From: the human T2T-CHM13v2.0 reference genome, Homo sapiens
Strand: one strand, 5' to 3'
Length of the DNA stretch: 64,000 bases
NCBI RefSeq assembly: GCF_009914755.1
Contig: NC_060937.1
In this document: piece after piece, positions 1 to 13,083 of the stretch
Numbering within the stretch: the stretch's first letter is position 1
How the letters are laid out: each line of letters starts with the position of its first letter
Position numbers and translations under genes: made by a program
The notes under the pieces: model-generated
Told to the model about the DNA's origin: nothing
What the model saw: the letters and a program-made list of their open reading frames with translations, nothing else
Databases searched by the model: none

Positions 1-64
1 TCTTTTATTTGTAAATTACCCAGTCTCAGGTATTCCTTTATAGCGATGCGAATGGACTAACACA
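1..64 (+). mobile_element. 3' end of a MaLR (MST-type) LTR cut by the window edge
   Basis: taaattacccagtctcaggtattcctttatagc...ggactaacaca matches the MST/THE1 LTR 3' terminus. Confidence 0.8.
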
Positions 65-215
65 TCCAACCATTAAGATATTTTCCTCTTCTATTTCTAT
101 TAGATAATATAGCATTAATAAATTATTAAGCATATGATGCAAAAGAGGGTAGTTACATTGTTACAATAATTCTTATTTATAATTGTAATCCCTTTGCATG
201 TCTCAGGATTTCTGT

Positions 216-390
216 CATATGATCTTGCAATTTCACTTCTGGGTACATATTTAAAGAAAATAAAATTAGTATGCAAAGAGCTATCTGGGCTCCCATGTAT
301 AACACAGCATTATTCCCAATAGCCATAAAGAAGAATGAAATATCGTCATTTTTGACAACATGGATGAACCTAGGGGACATAATATCAAGG
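216..390 (+). mobile_element. Old L1 (L1MA/MB-type) ORF2 3'-end fragment with an internal deletion
   Basis: catatgatc..cacttctgggta.., cagcattattcccaatagcca, aagaatgaaat..acaacatggatgaacct are L1 ORF2 3' motifs. Confidence 0.75.
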
Positions 391-457
391 AATTGCTTTT
401 TCTTTCATTTTTTTTCTAAATATGTAAGACCGGATAAGTAAATTTTTTTAACAGGAT

Positions 458-489
<32 letters not shown>

Positions 490-2041
490 CAGGGTAAGCA
501 TGGAAAACATTTAGTAGGGTTACTGGTTGGTAAGAAGTGCTCAAAAAATGGTGATTACTGTTATTTTTGTTGGTATTATCCACAATCTGAAATGATTAGT
601 TTTTTATATTATGAAAATTATAACTTTAACCTATTTTATTATCAGTTTCCAAAGAAGGATTAATTCACTTACAAGAAAGCCTACGGTATATTCTTGCTGT
701 CTTGCTTTTCCTATATGTTTCCTACTGTTTCTATTTTATTTCTATCATCTACATTTCATTGAAATTCTAATATCACCATTAATATTCTAATATTATAATG
801 CCATCATTTCCATTACAAATGAAATACACTCTCCGTATGTCAGGGCAATTACTTGCCCTTTTTCCCTATATCCACATAGCAATTTTTTATTTGGGTGAGA
901 TTAAGCATAACAAAAAATACTTGGAAGAGCTCAGATCTGAAATACAATGATTCACACATCCAAGAACTTTATTAGGTTTAACTATATTTCAAACAGCTGA
1001 ATTAATTGATAAGTGGTAATATTTATATAGAAAAATAATCACCAAGAACTTCTAACTTTAATCAGCAGAAATCTCAAAAGGCGGGCCAAACTTAAGAACT
1101 GCTAAAAATAAAATGTCTTTTAATTTATAATAAATGCACATCCTTATGAGTATGTCATTTGAAATTAATGGAATTTTTGAAATTGATACTTGTCAAGTTC
1201 TTGCACTGCTTTCCTGTGAGGGGAATTTCTCCTTCTTGATTGTGAGACTCATGAACATCACTGTTTTACATACCATTTCTCTATTAAGGATGAAGCAGTC
1301 TTAGACTCTACAGTATTTCATCATGTTGTGAATCATCATTAAACATTTTGCTGACTCTCAAATGTCAAATATTCTCCTGTGTCATAAAGAATTTCATTAA
1401 ACAGCATGGGAGAAAGAACAGAGTAATTTTAGGAAATCTTCCCTTCTGTTCATTATGAGCTTTGTTATTTATCTCCCATTCCATTTTCTCCTGGCAACTA
1501 TAAATGATCTCTTCCTCATCCAAATGGTTCTATCACAATTACAGGTTTATATGTTTAAGCAGAATTTACCTAGTATGAAAAAGTCTCTTTCTCAATAGCA
1601 GCAGTAATTTTACCAGTAAATTCTACAGGTATATTAAAAAAATTAAGATAATGAGATATCAAGTAATAGTCATCATTGTAGTAATATGCATTCTCAATGA
1701 CTAAAAAAATCAAACTGACCAAAAAGAAAAAGAAAAAAATCCCTTTACCTTTGGGGACCCTTTTTAATGTAGTATGTACATTTTACTTAAGGCATTAAGC
1801 CTTTTGGGAAGGACTTAAAAACTAGAGCCATAGTTAGTTTTTTTCTGACAAAACTCTGTAATCTAACAGAAAAGACTAAGAGGGTGGGTATATAAGAAAA
1901 TTCATAAAAACTTAGAGTGCTGTTCTGGTCTGGAGTTAGTGCATTAGGCATCCTGAAGGTGATGTGAAGGCTTAGTTTAACAAAGGTGAGAAACAGATGC
2001 ATTTTTGCAATTTTGCCAATTGCCAGTTTTGATATTCTCTC

Positions 2042-2340
2042 TGAGCTACCTGTTATGGTAGCTGTTACTTACAAGTGGCTATGGAACACTTGAAATATGC
2101 CTAGTGGCTACATTGGGTGAATTAAATTTTAAATGTAAAAGTGAAAACAAAGTAAAGTATTTTTTTCTGTCAAGTAAACATTCTTCTTTTGAGTACAACT
2201 TCATTTCACATTAACTATCACACTGAATAAGGTTATTATTGTTGTAGTACACATGTACTTTTTACATTTTTAATACATGACTGTGAGAAAATTTTAAATT
2301 TTGACTCATGTTTAATTCACTTCTATTGGGCAGAGCTGTT
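2042..2340. mobile_element. hAT-Charlie DNA transposon relic (MER3/MER33-like)
   Basis: gtggctatggaacacttgaaatatgcctagtg and the terminal ttctattgggcagagctg resemble MER3/MER33. Confidence 0.6.
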
Positions 2341-4049
2341 CCATATAATAGACTACTTATAAAAATATTATCTACCTTTTGTGATCAAAATATTTTTTCT
2401 TAAAGTTCGTTTTATTAGATTTAAAGAAACACACAAGTGATATATTCTTTTGGTAACAAAACTATATAAACACACTATAAAAAAATTTGTCATTTTTTAT
2501 GAAGTGAGCAATTTTACCTGCCAAGATTTTAAACAATTTTCCTGTGTATTGTAAAAGGATGTGAAGGCTACAGAAGTACACGCTACTGAAGAATGTCTAG
2601 ATAGTGAAATAGCAGTTAACTTAATGAAGAACAAAACCTTTAATAAAATAGAAGTGCTCATGACAATTGGTAGAAATATTAATAGGGTAAAAATCCCACT
2701 CTAAAATGTTGCTTTTTAAGTTAATTTGTTTAAGTTTTATTTGTTTCGTCAATTAGGAGTATACTAAACTACACAGAATTTGCTGATGTGAATATCTCAT
2801 TTTAATTTTGTTCTTATGGCTTGTTGAATGTGATTTGTTTCTGCACTTGCAAGACCAAGGAGAAATTTAAGAGAAAAATGCCACTAATTTAAGTCTGCAA
2901 AGAATACTGGGTACTTGTGCTAGTTGCTCCTTTTGCAGAGGAAAACAATATAGGCATGGTCCTGCCCACATTCTTTGTAAAATACACCTTAAAGAATCAG
3001 TCATTCTGCTGAGCAGTCCAGGATGGGGGGAGGAAGGAAACATAAATATAATTAAATAAAAAATACAGAACCAGTCAATACTTTCCCCAAACATGCTTAT
3101 TATCTACAATGTGTAATTACATTGAATCTTACTGTTAATTTATCTTCATAAGCATATGCTTAATCTCCAGTATCACATCATTCTTAAGCGATAGAATAAC
3201 TGGTTTGCTAGAAGTTTCAGAATACATGTCCTTACCCTGGAAAGAAACATTAAGGCATTGTTTGGCAAAATAAATCAGTGTTGGGGGATGAGAGGGCCTG
3301 TTTAAAATACGTATTTCCAAACTCCCCTGGGAGACTGTTTGATTTAGTAGATCTTTATTTTGGTACTAGAATCTGCATTTACCAATCACACAATGTTCAT
3401 TCATATAACCTCTTCTATGTAACTTTAAATAATACTACACAAATACTATTTGAAGAAACTACTAGTGTTTATTTTTTCTTCTTTTAATGACATGTTCTTT
3501 CATTTTTTGTAAAAGAGAGCATGAAAGATATTGAGTTTTGAATAAAAATAAGTATATATACCAATAATGTCTGGGTGAATTGAGCAGGTGACTTATTTGC
3601 CTTACTTTTGCAAAGAGAATGATAAGAATATGTATCCCACCTCAGTGTAAGATCCAAAAGATAATATAAGTGAAAGCGCTTTGCATAGTATGCTTTTAGT
3701 TCAATGGCTGATTTAAATCTGAATACTTTTACATTTTTGTGGGTACTTCTTTTTTCTCCTGTCCCTTTCACTCAGATTGCAAACATTTATTAACCACCCA
3801 TTATGTGCATCATTATTTGGGCCCCTGTTTCATGAATATATATAAGATCCTACCATATCAGCAAAAAACTATTAAGTCAACAGAAGAGATACACAAAACA
3901 GGTCTGGGTCTTGGGTATCAGGCACAAGACCCAGAAGTCAGGCTGTGTCGTAACTACGTGTCCAACTTCATTTCATGCCACCTGCTTCTTAGCATCAATA
4001 TGCTAAGGACAGACACACTGACTTGATCTCTGCTCCGTAAACACAACCA

Positions 4050-4250
4050 CCCTTAATTCCCTGCCTCTCCCAGCTGAGTCATTGTACTCACTGGCTCCGT
4101 TTGTCTTTCAGGTTGCTGGTAAATACCACCTTCTTAGAAAGGCCTTGGCCAATCCTTTTGTCTAAAAACGTCTACTGAACCCACGTGTACCTTAGGATTA
4201 GGCCTGTTTCCTTCAAAGCACATTTTGATATTTGTGATTATTTATTCAAT
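4050..4250 (+). mobile_element. L2 fragment
   Basis: ctttcaggttgctggtaaataccaccttcttagaaaggccttggcc resembles the L2 3' region. Confidence 0.5.
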
Positions 4251-4319
4251 CTTAATAATTATTGTAATCATTGTAAATCTTATAATTATTTATTCAATCC
4301 TTCTATGGTCTGATGACAA

Positions 4320-4578
4320 TATTTCTTTCAGTTTCTCCCTTCAAAGGATGAACTCTATTTCTCTAACCCTTGAATCTGAGCTGATTGTATAAGTGAGGTC
4401 ATCATAGTCCCCAAAGTTCAGGTGGATTCCAGCTGAACACAGCTGCAAGAGTAAGCCCAGGTAAGACTAGCAGTAAATTGCCCAGTCAACCCACAGAATC
4501 ATGAGGAAGAAAATGGTGATTTTCTTAAGCCTTTAAGGTTCTGAGTGGTTTGTTACATATCAGTAGGTAATTCATACA
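4320..4578 (+). mobile_element. MLT1 (F/G/H-like) MaLR LTR fragment inserted in L2
   Basis: ccagtcaacccacagaatcatgag...ttaagcc...ggtttgttaca...taattcataca is an MLT1 3' end. Confidence 0.65.
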
Positions 4579-4584
4579 TCGATA

Positions 4585-4723
4585 GACTGAACTTGTATGA
4601 GCATGGAGACTATCAACTTTGCTTATCCTTGTATCTGCAGAGCCAAGGACTATGACTAGCATAATGAGTGCTCAGTAAATACATGTGGGAATGGTGACTG
4701 GATAAAGGGGTGGATTGATGAAT
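4585..4723 (+). mobile_element. L2 3' terminus
   Basis: tgtatctgcagagcc...gtgctcagtaaatacatgtgggaatg followed by a degenerate (GAAT)n tail. Confidence 0.6.
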
Positions 4724-5180
4724 GCTACCTGCTGAGAAAAGGTGTCAGGGACATTTCAAAGAGATCTGAAAGCTGGATAAGTAATGCTTATGAGGTGAAA
4801 CATTCTTTGAGTGAATATCCACTGCCATGGTTATCTTTTCCCAAGTAGTCTTCACAAATCACACTCCTCAATGGCTACTAGTTGCTACCACATAAATTCA
4901 AACTCCTTACCAGAGCAAGTGTGATTCTTCAAAAACTTGGCTTCCAGGTATATCTCAGAAATTCACTGCTACACATCCTACACCTTTTCCATATTATATT
5001 ATCTATAATTATGTATAATTTTGAGAAATACTGTGCTTTGAGATTTACATACATTTGCTAATTTATTTCATTTCTCTAGGACACTCTTCCTATGTTTCTC
5101 AGTCTTAGATATTACTTATTCTTCAAGGCCTATTACTTTCTATTTATTTCCTTATTTTTAAAAATATTTTAAGAGGCAAT

Positions 5181-5504
5181 TATTCTGTTCTCACACCGCT
5201 AATAAAGACATACATGAGACTGGGTATTTATAAAAAAGGTTTAAGTGACTCACAGTTCCACATGACTGGGGAGGCCTCACAATCATGATGGAAGGTGAAT
5301 GAGAGTAAAGTCACATCTTACATGGCAGCAGGCAAGAGGGCATGTAAGGGGGAAATGAACTCATGAGACTTATTCACTATCACGAGAACAGCACAGGAAA
5401 GATCTGCCCTTATGATTAACTACCTCCCACCAGGTCCCTCCCATGACACGTGGGGATTATTACAATGCAAGGAGATGTTTGGGACACAGAGCCAAACCAT
5501 ATCA
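5181..5504 (-). mobile_element. THE1-family LTR, first of a tandem pair
   Basis: ctaataaagacatac..gactcacagttccacatgactggggaggcctcacaatcatg...gacacagagccaaaccatatca. Confidence 0.9.
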
Positions 5505-5806
5505 GAGATTTAATTGGCTCACAGTTCCATATGGTTGAGGGGGAGGCCTCACAATCATGGTGGAAGGTGAAAGAGAAGCAAAGTCACATCTTACATGGTG
5601 GCAGGCAAGCGAGTTTGTGTAGGGGAACTCCCCTTTATAAAATCATCAGATCTCATGAGACTTACTCACTATCACGAGAACAGCACAGGAAAGACCCACC
5701 ACTATGATTCAATTACCTCTCACTGGGTCCCTCATACAATACGTGGGAATTATGGGAGCTACAATTCAAGATGAGATTTGGGTGGGGGCACAGCCAAGCC
5801 ATATCA
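5505..5806 (-). mobile_element. THE1-family LTR, second of the pair, lacking ~60 bp of its 3' end
   Basis: gagatttaattggctcacagttcc...caattcaagatgagatttgggtgggggcacagccaagccatatca. Confidence 0.9.
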
Positions 5807-5918
5807 CAAGGTATTGCTATGCTGCCGAGGCTGGACTCAAACTCCTGGGCTCAAGCAATCCTCCCTCTTCAGCCTCCCAAGTAGCTGGGACTACAGGTGC
5901 ACTGCCACCACGCCCAAC
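5807..5918 (-). mobile_element. FLAM (free left Alu monomer); its tail lies at ~5155-5178, left of the THE1 pair
   Basis: ggctggactcaaactcctgggctcaagcaatcctcc...gtagctgggactacagg. Confidence 0.8.
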
Positions 5919-7639
5919 TCAAAGTCTATTCTACTTTTATCTCTGATAAGACACATTTACTAAGGCAGGAGGGTAATCTGTACTCTCATATAATTCTTAC
6001 ATGTATGTAGAGTAAATCTCCTAACCATGCTCTTATAGTAAATTGCTAATACTTCCTATGTTTCTCTCTTTAGACTATGTGATTCTAGAGGAAGGGCATC
6101 ATGCTTCATTGCCTTCCTTATCCTTGTCAAGTAGATGCTCACCAGAAACCTCTGTGAAGCAAATAAATAATGCCTAGAAGTAGGTTGGGGAGAAGGATCC
6201 AGTTTTCACATTGTCTTTTATGGGCCTCTAAGTTTACACATGCTTTGCTTATAGACAGAGTTAAGTTACCATACACAACAATCCTGAACGTTTTCTGTGA
6301 TCTTATTTTCACAAGTGAAAATGTAAAAAGCGGCAAACTACTGTTATTTCTCATTCTTCCCTCTTACCGTGGAAGACGGACAGAATAAGAGTTTATTATA
6401 AGGTTCCCCAGAGACAGAAAAACATGTCAGAAATGAGAAAATGCTCATGGATCATAAGAAAGAAGATCTATTTATAAGCATCATTAATAGAAAAGATTAG
6501 ATAGTTACAGTCATTACTCTTAAACTCAGTAAGTAAAGACACTGAGTGGGCTGGAGTCCATTTTGCGGTCAGTGAGCAGGTTACAGGTCATGCTGTTCTA
6601 ATGGACAGAGACCATGTCTGTTTTCAATCCTGATTATGGCATTATGGCGCTACACACTAAGAAAGCTTAATAAATGCTTAATGATGATAAGATACTATCT
6701 ATTGCATTTGAGGCTATTCGAATTTAAAATAAAAATGCAAATTAGGTTTAGACGCTCACATAAAAAAGTGTTCTGTAAAACCACCTTTGCTTTAATAAAT
6801 AATAGCCAAGAGGAAGAAATACTTTTTCAATATCTTTAAATGTCTATGCCTTGCTTTATAACACCAGATTAAATGCATGGAAAATACTTTGTTGTGCAGG
6901 AAAACCTGGAAGGTTGTAACAAATGATGGACAAGTTCTCATTCTTAGGCATTGCCTATAGCTAGAGACTTGCATATTTTTATTGTTATGATGGTATTGAT
7001 TGTTAAGTCAACAGAAAGCTATCACAGGGGATTGCAAATTTCTATACCAATACTCTGTTCTGTAACATTAAAATGTCATTACTGAATCACCAACTTTTCC
7101 CCCTGCTGTAATATTATTCTCTGTTGATTGCCTGCCTGAGCTGAAATCTGAAACTGTCACCCTCAGACTTGCAAAAGTGATTCAACTTCTCATAAGGAAA
7201 GTGAAATTAAATATTCATTCACGGGCTGCATTTCAAGTTCAAACTGTCTGAAGCTCCTTAAGGCAAAATGTATTTAAGTGAAATACATTTTTTCTTCATT
7301 TTTATGTAGCAAAAATTCAGAATTGGTATCACGGGTGGACAAATCACAAAATAATAATTTATTTTGAACTTTACAGGGAAGAAGAGGTGAGCTTTCTTTC
7401 TTTATGCCACCCCTCTACTGTTTCTGGCCTATCCCATTTATCTCCTTTGTCAGGAAAACTGTATGTGTATGTTTGTAGCTGTTGTTTATTGTTTGATTTT
7501 TTTGTATGTGTCATGTTTTAGCATTAATCAAGTTGTAAAGCATTGAAGTATTGAATGAAAATATAGTTGTGTCTCTGTCTGCCACGAAAATATAGGATTG
7601 CCAGTGGTAACTGGCAAAAACGGGTTCAAATCCTCTTAA

Positions 7640-7986
<347 letters not shown>

Positions 7987-8135
7987 CTACCTTGTATTTT
8001 CTTTGTGTCCTTCTGCAAATTGTTTGACCTCTCTGCCTCAGTTTGTTCATGGAGTTGTCATAAGGATCAAATTATTTGATAGAGAGCATTTAAAACAGTT
8101 CCTGAAACATGGTATGCCCTAAATAACTGTTTATC
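7987..8135 (+). mobile_element. MIR (5' piece at ~7620-7659, left of the Alu)
   Basis: gggttcaaatcc..; gacctctctgcctcagttt..ggagttgtcataaggatcaaat..aaaacagttcctgaaacatggta. Confidence 0.7.
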
Positions 8136-8210
8136 TAAATGAGTATTAACTGTTATTTGTACCCATTAATACTAATAACAAGTTGCATTTGGAAGACACC
8201 TGATATTTGT

Positions 8211-8401
8211 GGGGATTAGGGGAGGAGGGAATGGGGAGCAACTGTTTAATAGATGTAGGATTTCACTTGGGGTGACAGAAATATTTTGGAACTAGATGGA
8301 GATGGTGGTTGCGCAACATTGTTAATGTACTAAATGCCACTAATTGTTCACCTTAAAATGATTGATTTTATGTTATGTGGATTTCACTTCAATAGAGAAA
8401 A
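8211..8401 (+). mobile_element. L1MB-type 3' UTR fragment
   Basis: ggggtgacagaaatattttggaactaga..ggtggttgcgcaacattg..aatgtactaaatgccact..ttttatgttatgtg. Confidence 0.85.
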
Positions 8402-9069
8402 TATGTAACCTACAAAATATTGTGCTAGTCAGATAACAGACATTGAATTCTTCACTCTTGTGTTGCTCACTAGTAATCATAATACCAAAGAACGGACCAT
8501 TACTTTGAAACACGGGTGATGTCGAATACATTTCAAAACACATCAAGAACTTTGTACCACTTAGTCAAGCTTTCACAAGCACTGTGGCCTTCATTATCCA
8601 AGGAATCTTAGTACCTCAGGGATATTCATAAAAAAAAACAACACCAAATACAGTTACTCAGTTACATCACATCAGTTTAATGGATGATTCATTCCTACTA
8701 TCTTGCACAGTATGACAGGCTGAATAATAGATATACTGATATCCAATCTGTTTTGTGAAAATATGTTTAGGTTTGCAATGAAGAATTTGAAAGCTACTTT
8801 CTTTTGGAAAATTCTTGGGGAGGTAGTAGAGTATAATTGTCATTAGGAATGAGACACACAGTCCCCACCTCCTTCATATATAAATTGGTGAACATGAGAA
8901 AGACTTCTCGGGATGTTGTGAAGACTGACTAACATAATGAACATAATGAATTTTGAATTCTGCTTGGCATTTAATAAGTATTTATAAAGCCTCCTGTGGA
9001 AAAAGATTATTATACAATATTAGGTTGTATGTTGTATTAGACAGTGCTGTGATTCTCACGGGCATACAC

Positions 9070-9830
<761 letters not shown>

Positions 9831-10333
9831 TGAAGATTTAAGAAGAAAAATGCAACTTAACTGGACATTGAAAACATTTTTCTATGAAAACAAAGATGGA
9901 TATATCATAGACTAGAATTTGATTTTCACATGCACTTTCAAGGTAAGGAAATTTTAAATATGTTTCCAAATAATGGCTGACAAATTCAGTCTAACTTTTC
10001 AGGACCCCAGTGATTTTTTGGCTTTTACTCTTTTATTTTTCTGAGCATAATTTAGCAGAAAAATTTCCTTTCAGGTTTATATGTGGTGGAGCCAACTCAA
10101 CACTTACACTGAGTTATTAGTTATGAATATACATTATTATTTCTATATTTTCTATAAAAGCATTTTTGCTTAACCAATCTACTGCATGGTTAGCATTTTA
10201 ATGTGCCTCGGTTTAAAACTGAATGAATTATCTACTGCTCAAGAATCTAATAATTTTGTTTTTAATTTATAAAGCACCCAAGTCTTGAATAGTATATTAT
10301 GATTAAAAATACATTTATATATATATATACATA

Positions 10334-10793
10334 TTTTTTATTATACTTTAAGTTCTAGGGTACATGTGTACAACGTGCAGGTTTGTTACATATGTATACA
10401 TGTGCCATGTTGGTGTGCTGCACCCATTAAGTCGTCATTTACATTAGGTATATCTCCTAATGCTATCTGTCCCTCCTCTCCCCACCCCACAACAGGCCCT
10501 GGTGTGTGATGTCCCCCTTCCTGTGTCCAGGTGTTCTCATTGTTCAATTCCCACCTATGAGTGAGAACATGCGGTGTTTGGTTTTTTGTCCTTGCGATAG
10601 TTTGCTGAGAATGATGGTTTCCAGCTTCATCCATGTCCCTACAAAGGAAATGAACTCACAATTTTTATGGCTGCATAGTATTCCATGGTGTATATTTGCC
10701 ACATTTTCTTAATCCAGTCTATCATTGTTGGGCATTTGGGTTGGTTCCAAGTCTTTGCTATTGTGAATAGTGCCACAATAAACATACGTGTGC
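10334..10793 (-). mobile_element. 5'-truncated primate L1PA (L1PA3-5-like) 3' end
   Basis: ttatactttaagttctagggtacatgtg..ttcccacctatgagtgagaacatgcggtgtttgg..ttggttccaagtctttgctattgtgaatagtgcc. Confidence 0.95.
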
Positions 10794-11267
10794 TAAACAT
10801 CTTTTCATTACATCTTCTATTTACAGAGTAGCTACGTTTGAATATATATGCAACATTAGACCTTTTGGATGACCCCTGAAATTTTTCACTGAAATGCTGT
10901 TAAAGTTTAGTTAGGTGTAAACAACTAGGTAATGTTTGGAAGCCAAGAAATTTGTTGTGGCAATGTTTCCTTTGCTCACTGAAGAAAACTACTCTTTCCA
11001 CAAATACACGAGATAAATGGTATCAATGAGGCTTGAAACTGTGATGAGCTTTGAATGTTCCAGTGCCTCTCAACATTCATATCCAAAATGATTTTTATAT
11101 TAAAACTGTCACATTAAAAACCCTGAAGTAGTTATGAAACACACAATCACCATAAATTTGAGTATTTCCCTGTATGAATACAAAAATTTTTATATTAGTT
11201 TTGCATTATAGTTGTTATTAATAAAATTCAAAATAAATTTAATTTATTGAATTTATATTCACATATA

Positions 11268-11478
11268 CTTGGATTAGAATTCTTGCTCCTCCATTTGTTA
11301 GTCTGCACATTCTGGGGCATGTTATTTAACCTCCCTGAGTATTAATTGCCTCATCTCTAAAATGTAGATTAAAAAAATCACACATACCCCATGGGATTGT
11401 TCAATGAGATTATTAATGCAAAGCACTTACATAGTCCCTGGAATGTTGCAAGTGCCCAATAAAGGACAATGATTATGA
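11268..11478 (+). mobile_element. MIR
   Basis: gttatttaacctccctgag..cctcatctctaaaatg core; aaagcacttacatagtccctgg..gtgcccaataaa. Confidence 0.75.
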
Positions 11479-11515
11479 TGGTAGTGGTGCTATCAATTGA
11501 TCAAGTCATGATAAC

Positions 11516-11931
11516 TGATCTAGTGTGGATGTTTTTCCTGCTCAAATCTCATGTTGAAATGTAATCCTTAATGTTAAAGGTGGGCTTGGTGGGAAGTGAT
11601 TGGATCATGGAGTCATATTTCTCAGGAATATTTTAGTACCTTCCCTTTGGGATTATCCTGGAAATAGTGAATGAGTTCTCATAAAATCTGATTCTGTAAG
11701 TGTGTGTGGTACCTCCCCTGACTCTCTCATGCTCCTGCTTTTCCCATGTGATATACCTGCTCTTCCTTTGCCTTCTGCCATGATTGGAAGCTTCCTGAGG
11801 CCGCCCCAAAAGCAAAAGCTGCTATGCTTCCTGTGCAACCTGTGGAACTGTCAGCCAATTAAACTTCTTTTCTTTATAAATTACCTAGCCTCAGGTATTT
11901 CTTGATAGCAGTGCAAGAACAGCCTAATAAA
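11516..11931 (+). mobile_element. MSTB-like MaLR solo LTR
   Basis: caaatctcatgttgaaatgtaatcc..ccaattaaacttcttttctttataaattacc..; 5-bp TSD ataac at 11511-11515 and 11932-11936. Confidence 0.9.
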
Positions 11932-11992
11932 ATAACTAATGAGTTTTACCTATGTTTGATGATGTTTAAAATCTCCATTTTGTAAAAAATTT

Positions 11993-12161
11993 AGAGATAG
12001 GTTTATCATGAAGTTAATGAAGCTTAACTTTTGGGAATTTTCACTTTTACAGGTCTCATCCTAATTAATATTTACTTCCTTAAATCATATTTGTATTCAT
12101 ACTTTTACATTTCTTTCTTAAAGTCCTGCAAGATTGACCACATTTAGGTGGCTTCATCCCT
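11993..12161. mobile_element. MER53-like hAT MITE
   Basis: tttatcatgaagttaatgaagcttaa start and ...tcatccctg end resemble MER53. Confidence 0.5.
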
Positions 12162-12636
12162 GCCTATTTTCCTAAAGAGCCTGTAGAGAAACATATTATA
12201 CAAAAAAATTAATATATCTAACAAAATATATACAGATACCTTAGGAATTATATATATATATATATATATACACAATAAGAATTCATGAGAAGCGAGCTAT
12301 TAACTATTGATAAATGGGTTGTGTCAATTATATATAAATGATTGTATTTTATAAAATATGTGTTTCAAACAATAATAGTTAATGTTCCCTTTGAGAAATT
12401 AGAATGCAGAAACTATAATAAGGATAGGTTCTGATAGTTACTAGAAGTACTTCAAAGGAGAGAAATGAAGATGTTTCTGGCTTTCTGTAGTCCTGAATGA
12501 ATCTCCACAATACCCCCAGATTCTAGATTCTGTGTGTCAGAGCTTTGCTGTGAAAGTCTAGTCCCATTACTTTGTCAGTTTGCCTATATTATTTCGAGAA
12601 GTAAAACACACACACAGACACAAACACAGATTTTAG

Positions 12637-13083
<447 letters not shown>

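Noticed and set aside
444-500. ttttttaacag-g-gtaag, resembling a recursive splice site (similar motif on the minus strand at 3231-3250)
   Set aside because: It is AG-G-GT rather than AG-GT, and it is part of a short local duplication around a (TTTG)n tract.
2558-2704. Open frame DVKATEVHATEECLDSEIAVNL... with a phase-1 donor-like TTG|gtagaa that could splice to 19756
   Set aside because: The acceptor (gtattgtaaaag) lacks a pyrimidine tract, the donor is weak and no homology is recognised; a 48-codon frame is expected by chance.
10386-10712. ORFs with L1-like peptides
   Set aside because: They lie in a ~460-bp 5'-truncated L1PA fragment with no promoter, ORF1 or RT domain.
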